Source: a virus (taxonomy: Duplodnaviria; Caudoviricetes). From it: a stretch of DNA of 64,000 nt. The notes under the pieces were generated by a model, which worked only from the letters and a program-made list of their open reading frames with translations, was not told where the DNA came from and did no database searches. The stretch is taken from positions 24,412 to 88,411 of IMG/VR virus record IMGVR_UViG_3300017778_007091; one strand, 5' to 3'. The translations under genes were made by a program, and so were the position numbers. The first letter of the stretch is position 1; every line of letters starts with the position of its first letter. Positions 1-6,892 of this stretch are shown in pieces.

Positions 1-1199
1 AAGAGCTCAGGTGATGTGTTCAAAATATTTGAGATGTAATTTGCATTAGAGGGATCAAGTGATGCTGTGTAGATCTTGATTCCTGTATAGCCTTCATCAG
101 ACCCAAAAGCTGCTCCTGAGCTTGAGATTACAAGCTTAAAAGTAGATGCCGATGCGTCAATCGTTGCTGCATCGTCTATAACGCTGGTGGGAGAGTAGTT
201 TTGATTATAGCTTAAAACTTGTGCCCTTGTTCCTGTTGCAAATAGGATGACACCTCTGACCAGATTAGCTGTTCCGCCACCTGCGCTTACGTTAAAGCTG
301 TCATTGTCAACAAACACTGGATAGGCATAATCTGCTGCTGTGTTAACGTCATGTTTGGCAACCAGAAACTGGACTGCGCCCTGTCGACGCAAATCAGTAA
401 AGCCGCCACTGAAGTCAGGTGTTGTGATTGCTGACGGTGAAAGTCCACCGCTTCTAGTAACTGTCGTATTTCCTGCATAACCTGCAACATCTTGAGTCAA
501 CAAGAGTGTTGTTGCAGTGACGCCTGACGCTGTGATTCCAATTGATCCTGTTCCGCTGATGCCTAAAGTCGTGGAATTGACCGATGTAATAACGTCTGCG
601 GTCATAGTTGTCAGAGAAGCCGCACCGGCGATCGTGACTTCAGCTTCGTATGGTGATCCTGATGTCCCTGTTCCGCTAGCAGGATAGGACGGTGCTCCTG
701 GCGTTGCAGCGCCGCCGGTTCTAAATGTTATCTTTAGATAGACACCTGATGCATCTTGAATGACGAAGTTGTCTCCGTTATTAAATGATCCGAAATTAAG
801 AAGGCTAAAGGTTGAAGTTGCTGCAATATTTGTGCCTGCAGCAGCTGAACCTGAGATTACGAAACCTGCACCTTTTACCGTGCCTTTTGTCTGTGTGTTA
901 ACAATGTCTGCTGCAGTCTGATTTGCTCCTGCGCCAAGAGTGCGCAGAAATGTCAGTGAATTTCCATATCTAAAGAATTCTTGCCCTGCAAAATAAGAGC
1001 TATTACGAATATCAGAGTTTCCAAAGAATCTATCAGTAAACTGTGCAAGTGATGTCACAGTTGTTGGTATAAATGCAGGACCCGCAGGAGAAGGTCCAAC
1101 GACGCCGGCAGGTGTTCCAGCCACAGCAACAGATGTAGGTGCTGATAGGTCGATTTCACTTTCAAAAAAACCTGGCGAGCGATACGTTATTTCGGCCAT
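1..1199 (-). CDS. Tail sheath protein (5' part; runs off the left edge; absent from ORF track)
   Basis: Hand translation from ATG at 1199 gives MAEITYRSPGFFESEIDLSAPT...AGVVGPSPAGPAFIPTTVTSLAQFTDRFFG...YFAGQEFFRYGNSLTFLRTLG, the typical sheath N-terminus (SPG..E.D.S; G....GP...P..V......F...FG). Frame is open to base 3. GGAG SD upstream. Follows the gp13/14/15-like genes. Confidence 0.9.
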   Translation of the reverse strand, partial: MAEITYRSPGFFESEIDLSAPTSVAVAGTPAGVVGPSPAGPAFIPTTVTSLAQFTDRFFGNSDIRNSSYFAGQEFFRYGNSLTFLRTLGAGANQTAADIVNTQTKGTVKGAGFVISGSAAAGTNIAATSTFSLLNFGSFNNGDNFVIQDASGVYLKITFRTGGAATPGAPSYPASGTGTSGSPYEAEVTIAGAASLTTMTADVITSVNSTTLGISGTGSIGITASGVTATTLLLTQDVAGYAGNTTVTRSGGLSPSAITTPDFSGGFTDLRRQGAVQFLVAKHDVNTAADYAYPVFVDNDSFNVSAGGGTANLVRGVILFATGTRAQVLSYNQNYSPTSVIDDAATIDASASTFKLVISSSGAAFGSDEGYTGIKIYTASLDPSNANYISNILNTSPEL

Positions 1200-1224
1200 T
1201 TTATCTCCACTCACGCTTCCGTTA

Positions 1225-1231
1225 TAAATAT
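1225..1231 (-). promoter_or_regulatory. Putative late-promoter motif ATATTTA upstream of sheath
   Basis: Recurrent ATAHTTA motif in intergenic gaps on the sense strand; 25 nt before the ATG. Confidence 0.5.
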
Positions 1232-1253
1232 CCCATCACTTTGAAGAAAACCT

Positions 1254-2444
1254 TCATATAGATTCATCTTCTGTAAATCTAGCTTTTCTAATAGGTAGAA
1301 TTTGCTCTCCTGCCCTAACGTCTCTGTAGATTATCCTTTCGAATTTACCTTTTCCTTCGTTAGGTATGACTGCCTTTTCATTTGATTCACCTCTCTCAAG
1401 GTGCGGCATTCCATCATCGCCTAAATGTTCAACATCTGAAAGGATAAATCTGTTGAGTTTTGCTTCGGCATGCGGTTCAACTTGTTTTTCTGCAATTTGT
1501 GTTGATACATCGTAAATACCAAAATTGACTGTGGGTGCAGATTGAAACTTTCTAAAAGGTGATCCCAGGCCTGGGTGTCGCGGTGCCAGGATGTAGGCAG
1601 GAACTTTGATGTCAAATGTGTATTTGATGATTCTCTCATCGTTTGTGTAATCATCAAAGTTGTCGCTGTTGTTGAACGGACCTTGCACAAAAGCTGTATA
1701 CTTGTATCCTTTGTTGGTCTGGATTTGAAATTCGTGTCCTTGACCGTCAAATTTCATCATTAGCGATTCGATTAATTGGTTCATCTGGCTCATATACTGC
1801 GTCCAAATGACAACATTGTAGTTGAGACCGATGAATTGCGGGTAAGGAATAGTAATAATTTCAAAAATATTATTACCGAGATTTGCATCTGCAAGAGGTG
1901 TATTAAGATTTCCCGACCCGTACTTTATTCCTGGTCCGTTACGCCTAGAAGCGAGGGTACCCGGTTCAGCAAACTGGCCTGGTGAGATGTCAGTTAACGA
2001 AAAATGTGCTCTTGATGTCACATTATCTTGATTTTTTATCGAGAGCTTATTGATAATGTTTTGATACTCACGATCTGTTGGATCGAGCCTCTTGCGGATT
2101 ACATAATCACCTGGCTGCCTAAATGATATTGCAGTTCCGCCGACTTCTTGCTCATTTTTATGTCCAATTGATGTCCTTTTAATTGCAATGAGCGGCAGTA
2201 TTAACGCATTATTTCTGTCTCTAATCGGCTTCATCCGCTTAGTCAGAGCAAATCTTTCACCTGCAGCGAATACAACGGGCACTTTTGTCGTCTGCTCATT
2301 GACCTTTACTTCAAACGCTAGACGCTTATCAAAGAGATCAAATAGCGCTCGATCAACATCTTCAATACCTGCAGATGGGATGCTAAAATTGTCGGGTACT
2401 GCAAATCCCTCATAGCCTTTTCTAAGTTGTATCTTTTCAGGCAT
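1254..2444 (-). CDS. Tail terminator / sheath stabiliser (T4 gp15-like)
   Basis: IEDVDRALF..VPVVFAAGERF..LILPLIAIKRTSI..YNVVIWT.YM.QMN.LIE pattern; lies between neck genes and sheath. Confidence 0.7.
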   Translation of the reverse strand: MPEKIQLRKGYEGFAVPDNFSIPSAGIEDVDRALFDLFDKRLAFEVKVNEQTTKVPVVFAAGERFALTKRMKPIRDRNNALILPLIAIKRTSIGHKNEQEVGGTAISFRQPGDYVIRKRLDPTDREYQNIINKLSIKNQDNVTSRAHFSLTDISPGQFAEPGTLASRRNGPGIKYGSGNLNTPLADANLGNNIFEIITIPYPQFIGLNYNVVIWTQYMSQMNQLIESLMMKFDGQGHEFQIQTNKGYKYTAFVQGPFNNSDNFDDYTNDERIIKYTFDIKVPAYILAPRHPGLGSPFRKFQSAPTVNFGIYDVSTQIAEKQVEPHAEAKLNRFILSDVEHLGDDGMPHLERGESNEKAVIPNEGKGKFERIIYRDVRAGEQILPIRKARFTEDESI

Positions 2445-2446
2445 AA

Positions 2447-3112
2447 TCAGCTCTCATCATAGAATGCTGAACCGACATTCTCTGGGTCGCCGAGTTCTGA
2501 GACTTCTGCAGGTCCTGTAATCGGCGCGTCCAGAACACCATTACGCTGCAAGTCTCTGACGTCGCCTGTAATGCCTTCCTTGTTCTCGTAGAAACCTCTT
2601 TGTTGAACAAATGTCTCTTGAACAGCATCTGCATCTGTGTATTCTTCGGACGTTGGCCCGAATACCTTCGAAATGAATTGACCTTTTCTTGACTGCTTGC
2701 CCGTAATTGTGATGTAATTTTTGTGTTCTATCTGACCAAAGATAATATCTGTTCTTGGTGCTTTAATGACTTCAAAGAATGTCTCACCATAGCTAAAGAA
2801 ATCGCCTTCATGAACATCGATTCCCTTCTCAAGAAGGTCTCTAAAGTGAAGGTAGCATTCAATCGTGTAAAATTCTTCAGATCCAAAGCGATTTGTACGC
2901 ACTTCCTGAGGTGCGTATTTCACAAGTGCGTCTATCTCGATAGGGTTTTCAAAGATCTTTTCAGCAGACTCCTCATAAACATCGTGCACTGCAGACTTGA
3001 TGTTATTAATGGAGAAATAATAAATTTTTTGTCCAACAACGTCTTTTATCAATTCTTTGCCAATATCATTGATAAAATTCATCTCTCTAGGCGTTATAAA
3101 GAGCCTTCCCAT
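2447..3112 (-). CDS. Head closure / neck protein (T4 gp14-like)
   Basis: LFITPRE..INDI.KELIK..GQKIYY pattern; synteny with the gp13-like and gp15-like genes. Confidence 0.65.
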   Translation of the reverse strand: MGRLFITPREMNFINDIGKELIKDVVGQKIYYFSINNIKSAVHDVYEESAEKIFENPIEIDALVKYAPQEVRTNRFGSEEFYTIECYLHFRDLLEKGIDVHEGDFFSYGETFFEVIKAPRTDIIFGQIEHKNYITITGKQSRKGQFISKVFGPTSEEYTDADAVQETFVQQRGFYENKEGITGDVRDLQRNGVLDAPITGPAEVSELGDPENVGSAFYDES

Positions 3113-3115
3113 CTA

Positions 3116-4291
3116 TCACCCCATGAAAATTGCTTTTCCGTTTGGAATTGGTATCTTGTTAAGCTGCTTCATAAGGTTTTCTGACCTTGTTGCAGCATTC
3201 TCTATCAGCTTGTCGTAGGTAAGAGTTTCAAGCATCTCTCTGAGTTTTGTTAAAAGATTTGCCTTGTCTTCTCTGCCTTTGGTAACAAGATCACCTCCGT
3301 TCAATGTTACTGTACCGCCTGGAATTGGGACAGTTGTGAACTTATTTCTGATCATTCCAAGCTGTTCCATGCTGAGTGCTAGTGTGTATTGTCTTATCCA
3401 CTGCAATCCCATGCTATTAATTCTCGCGTATGTCAAATTTCCAAAAGGTATGTTGGAAAGATTATTGACACCATACAATGTGTCATCTTGAAAACTAGGA
3501 TTGACAGGATCTTGAAAGTACTTAACTCTTATGAATAGTCTTTTTGCAGGTGAAGTTACCTGCGTCGGAGTTGGGAATATTCTAATCTTTGTACCGATCA
3601 CTTGGTATGAGTAATTGGAACGCCTAACTCTGTTAGAGAGGTCTAACATGCCTGCTCTTAAGACATCTTCAAATACAGGCAAAACATAGAATATTGTCTC
3701 AGGTGTGAATGACTCAAATCCGAATTCATTGTTAAGATAATTGATCGCTGATGTTGTGTCAAAGAATCTATATGCTGCTGACGGATTGAAGTGAAACACT
3801 TCCATGATGCGCATCTTAGTCTTGGGTGATGTATTTGATGATGAATTAAACATCACTGCGCCAGTTGAATCAACAAGATCTGTATAGAGGTCGTAGTCTT
3901 GAACTCCAGGAATCAGCGCAATGGATCCTGAGAACATATTGTAAGATCCTCCAATCCCAGCCTCAGATGCGTAAGGATCTGCAAATCTTGCAAGATACTC
4001 AAGGCTTTCTCTTGGGTAGACTGATTGTAAGTTTTGAGATCCGGTACTGTAGCCAAGATAAGTTAAAAGTGTTGACTTAGCTTGATACTGATTAAGGATG
4101 TTGCTATACTCAAAACAAGCTTCTTCGAGGTTTGCCCAGACCTGCTTTTTTGTCAATTCAACAGAAAGAACATCGTCACCTAACTTTCGCTTGACGAAGA
4201 CAACCATCTTGTCTGCGTCTGTTTGAAATGACGTATCTGTGTCGAATGCACCGAAAGGTGTTGGACTTGGTGTATTTACAAATGAGGACAT
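3116..4291 (-). CDS. Neck protein (T4 gp13-like)
   Basis: VKRKLG..VLSVELT..Q....LEEA..EY N-terminal motif and WIRQYTLAL..E.LG..R.KF..VP.PGG.VTLNG C-terminal motif. Confidence 0.75.
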   Translation of the reverse strand: MSSFVNTPSPTPFGAFDTDTSFQTDADKMVVFVKRKLGDDVLSVELTKKQVWANLEEACFEYSNILNQYQAKSTLLTYLGYSTGSQNLQSVYPRESLEYLARFADPYASEAGIGGSYNMFSGSIALIPGVQDYDLYTDLVDSTGAVMFNSSSNTSPKTKMRIMEVFHFNPSAAYRFFDTTSAINYLNNEFGFESFTPETIFYVLPVFEDVLRAGMLDLSNRVRRSNYSYQVIGTKIRIFPTPTQVTSPAKRLFIRVKYFQDPVNPSFQDDTLYGVNNLSNIPFGNLTYARINSMGLQWIRQYTLALSMEQLGMIRNKFTTVPIPGGTVTLNGGDLVTKGREDKANLLTKLREMLETLTYDKLIENAATRSENLMKQLNKIPIPNGKAIFMG

Positions 4292-4335
4292 GACGGCACC
4301 TAGATGTAAATATCACGATGCCACAAACGAGTAAG

Positions 4336-4503
4336 TCAAGAGCTTCTTTTAGATTTTGATATTTCTATTGCTGCTAGCTGACGTTTTGCTTTTGACTTTG
4401 ACGAATGAGTGCCTAAACGCTTTCCACCCTTCTTGGGATAAACAACCCATTTATCATTAATGTGTTTGATTATCTCACGTATGAGCTCGTGAAAAAGTTT
4501 CAA
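4336..4503 (-). CDS. Small basic protein, 55 aa (missed by ORF track; TTG start)
   Basis: Hand translation: MKLFHELIREIIKHINDKWVVYPKKGGKRLGTHSSKSKAKRQLAAIEISKSKRSS*. The TTG overlaps the upstream TGA (TTGA) and the ORF fills the otherwise empty 4292-4499 gap. Confidence 0.75.
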   Translation of the reverse strand: MKLFHELIREIIKHINDKWVVYPKKGGKRLGTHSSKSKAKRQLAAIEISKSKRSS

Positions 4504-4790
4504 CGCTTGCCTTTCTTTGAATTATTTTTAAAATTACTGTGTTGCCCAGAAAAAGCTTCTTTTTGAATCTTTACAGGCGCAGCTTCGACAACAGGCGCTT
4601 CTTCAACTTCACGTTCTTCAACATCGACTTCATCGGTTAAGACTTCGTCATTATTAGATTCGTTATTATCGACAGCCTCAGCTACGTCTAAAAGATCATT
4701 TACTGCTGTTTCAAGAGACTGGACAGCATCTTCTACGACAACAGGCGCCAGAGACTCAACTTCTTTCTGCGTAAGATAACGTATTGCCAT
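4500..4790 (-). CDS. Acidic hypothetical protein with basic C-terminal tail
   Basis: Open frame. Start moved from 4832 to ATG 4790 (MAIRY) because a GGAG SD precedes it and 4832 abuts the terminator. E/D-rich body, tail NSKKGKR. Confidence 0.7.
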   Translation of the reverse strand: MAIRYLTQKEVESLAPVVVEDAVQSLETAVNDLLDVAEAVDNNESNNDEVLTDEVDVEEREVEEAPVVEAAPVKIQKEAFSGQHSNFKNNSKKGKR

Positions 4791-4833
4791 GATTTCTCCA
4801 TATGGATTAATTATAACATAAATATCACGCAAT

Positions 4834-4862
4834 AAAAAACTCGCCGTCTCTGACGGCGAGTT
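4834..4862 (-). terminator. Rho-independent terminator
   Basis: Minus strand AACTCGCCGTC-AGA-GACGGCGAGTT (perfect 11-bp stem) running into TTTTATT, 16 nt after the stop at 4879. Confidence 0.85.
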
Positions 4863-4878
4863 GATTATAGAAGGCTAA

Positions 4879-5313
4879 TCAGCCGCCAGAGATACCTATT
4901 GATCCTGATGCTGCTGCAAGGCAGAAACTAAAACCGTCAGAGACGAGAGTCACCGAGCTATTCTGAAGTGCTGGAAAGGTAACCAAGCTGCCGAACCCGT
5001 CGGGAGTAGCGCCGGCTTGTCCGCAAAAGACCTTCTTACCGCCAACTTCTGCTGAGCCGGTGAGCTTGTGCTGGCGTGGGCTTGCATTTGCTTGTCTAAA
5101 GATGAAGACACCGCCGGGGACAGAAGCCGCGAGGGGCATCACAACGGTGATGTCGCCGTCGGCCTTGCTAAGGAGGTAAACTCCTGGTGCGTCTACAGTT
5201 GCTGGCGTTGCTGTGATTGTCTGGACAGGTGAGAATGGGGTTGTCTCGAACTGAATGCCTGTGCCGGTTGTCTGGTAAAGGCCTTCTGACTCTGTGTAAT
5301 TAACTTTGGGCAT
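4879..5313 (-). CDS. Putative head decoration / high-copy virion protein
   Basis: 144 aa, beta-rich small residues, strong AGGAGG SD, own terminator, and high GC like the MCP (39/60 GC at 5101-5160). Function is inferred. Confidence 0.45.
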   Translation of the reverse strand: MPKVNYTESEGLYQTTGTGIQFETTPFSPVQTITATPATVDAPGVYLLSKADGDITVVMPLAASVPGGVFIFRQANASPRQHKLTGSAEVGGKKVFCGQAGATPDGFGSLVTFPALQNSSVTLVSDGFSFCLAAASGSIGISGG

Positions 5314-5392
5314 GTGAACCTCCTATGCTCCGAATGCTTCCAACCCCCTGTCGGTGTCAGGTGTTCACTAGATTGGGCCTATTGGTAATTAT
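5314..5392 (-). promoter_or_regulatory. ATAATTA motif plus ~72-nt structured 5' leader able to sequester the SD
   Basis: GTGAAC/GTTCAC inverted repeat (5363-5368 with 5314-5319) brackets the leader; inner CCTG..CAGG hairpin at 5361-5347. Confidence 0.4.
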
Positions 5393-5511
5393 CAGCTCAT
5401 CTTAAAAAAATCGTCAGTGTGACTCTATTTTTGTCAGAGATCATTAGATGCATCCTTAAAGGAAAACCAAACGCTGTGTAAATAAATCAAACAGGCACAT
5501 CTGCATTCAAT

Positions 5512-6816
5512 CTATTTGTCAGATCTTTTTTCTGCCCATATTGGTAGATATTGGTAGTAACGTTCTATCTGCTCATCAAACTCAGACTTTCTAGATAGTA
5601 AGTCAGGAAAAGCGTCATAATAAGCATTCATCATTGCTTCCTTGACTTCACGATCTAATGCGAAGTTTGAACGCTCTGTTGACTGTGCGATTGTAATTCT
5701 AATGTCGTCAGGAGGAATTGGCTTGATTTCAACAGAGAAACACTTATAGAATAAAGATTCAAAAACAGATACGTAGATTGACTTACCGCCCATTTCATTG
5801 TCACCTATGTATTTCTTCATAAGCGCTAGCGTGCCAAGATAAGAGTGGAATTGATCAAGCTCGTCGGGTGTAGGGTCTACGCCAAAAAGCATCTTGAAAC
5901 CCTGTGATGTCTCGAGTATTGTGTCGTCTGAAACTTTAATGTCCATGTAGACATCAACATCTTCAACTCTACCTAACATCTCACGGGCTCGGCGGAATCC
6001 ATAGTCTGTAGAAAACGTATAGAGCGTTATTTCATCTGATTCGCCTGACTTTGAGATCTTGATCTTGTCTTTTGTCGAAGACGGTGTTGCCTTTTTTCCT
6101 GGAACGCGCGTGAGCTTAGATGTCAAAGAAGAAATAAGATAATTTTTTGCAAATCCTTTGATTCCTAACATCATGTCTGTTGCACTTGATCCATGCGAGT
6201 GAACAATTGATGAGTGAGGGACACCTTCTTCGGTAAAGCGTGCTTTGACAAAGTCGATCTGCATATTAAGTTCTGCAGTCTCTCCTGTATCTTCGTCTTT
6301 GAAATTGTAGACAAATAGAGAATTTATCTGATTGCCAACAGCGTCGGCATCAATCTGCCCTATGTAGTCAATGCTGCGGCCTTCAGGTAAATCTAAAATC
6401 TTTTGACCTTCAAGCTCTTGCAACATATTAAAGAGGCTAACATAAGTTTCACGTGGTATGTAGACATCAATGTCACCTAGCTTTTTCTTCTTTGTTGCAA
6501 AAAGCTCATCGTGTGATTCAAGATCAAAAAATACTGCTGATGAGCCTCCAAAACCTACACCTGACAGGATCTTTTCGATAACATCAGGTCGATATAGGTG
6601 TTGTTCGTTACCTAGATTTGCTGTAAATTGACTGTATCGTTGGTCTAAATTTCTAAATAATAACCGCAGATCTTTGACAAATCTATCTCTGTGCACTCTT
6701 GCGATCTCTATTTTATCTGCCTGCCGGCCACCGACTTGAACATTACCGCCTTCGTCAAGGTCACTGGTCTCTTGTAGAACATGTCTAATAAAGCTTCTTA
6801 AGGATGTCAGTATCAT
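5512..6816 (-). CDS. Pol-beta-superfamily nucleotidyltransferase-like protein with N-terminal propeptide
   Basis: GFGGSS...KLGDIDVY...MQIDFV matches the hG[GS]..DhD..hDh triad. Start moved from 6852 (inside the MCP terminator) to ATG 6816, 5 nt after an ATATTTA motif. Confidence 0.65.
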   Translation of the reverse strand: MILTSLRSFIRHVLQETSDLDEGGNVQVGGRQADKIEIARVHRDRFVKDLRLLFRNLDQRYSQFTANLGNEQHLYRPDVIEKILSGVGFGGSSAVFFDLESHDELFATKKKKLGDIDVYIPRETYVSLFNMLQELEGQKILDLPEGRSIDYIGQIDADAVGNQINSLFVYNFKDEDTGETAELNMQIDFVKARFTEEGVPHSSIVHSHGSSATDMMLGIKGFAKNYLISSLTSKLTRVPGKKATPSSTKDKIKISKSGESDEITLYTFSTDYGFRRAREMLGRVEDVDVYMDIKVSDDTILETSQGFKMLFGVDPTPDELDQFHSYLGTLALMKKYIGDNEMGGKSIYVSVFESLFYKCFSVEIKPIPPDDIRITIAQSTERSNFALDREVKEAMMNAYYDAFPDLLSRKSEFDEQIERYYQYLPIWAEKRSDK

Positions 6817-6821
6817 GTGTC

Positions 6822-6828
6822 TAAATAT
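6822..6828 (-). promoter_or_regulatory. Putative late-promoter motif ATATTTA
   Basis: Lies between the MCP terminator and the NTase ATG, 5 nt from the start codon. Confidence 0.5.
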
Positions 6829-6834
6829 AACGTC

Positions 6835-6867
6835 AAAAACAAAAACGGCCACCCCGAAGGGTGGCCG
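6835..6867 (-). terminator. Rho-independent terminator after MCP (UUCG tetraloop)
   Basis: Minus strand CGGCCACCC-TTCG-GGGTGGCCG-TTTTTGTTTTT; 9-bp GC stem with a cUUCGg loop. Confidence 0.92.
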
Positions 6868-6892
6868 CCTTGCGCCTTTATCGGCTAGAACA

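Noticed and set aside
287-490. 67-aa minus-strand ORF
   Set aside because: Out-of-frame shadow within the tail sheath CDS (1..1199).
1223-1230. Canonical T4 late promoter TATAAATA
   Set aside because: It occurs on the plus strand, opposite to the genes, so it is treated as part of the inverted ATAHTTA motif instead.
4791-4832. Track start at 4832
   Set aside because: Abuts the terminator and spans the motif and SD of the ATG at 4790.
5512-6816. CBASS/cGAS-like (CD-NTase) defence operon
   Set aside because: No effector, Cap2/3 or SAVED neighbour; the context is the head module. Only the generic Pol-beta triad is supported.
6817-6852. Track start of the NTase at 6852
   Set aside because: The ATG lies inside the MCP terminator stem; ATG 6816 follows the promoter-like motif.
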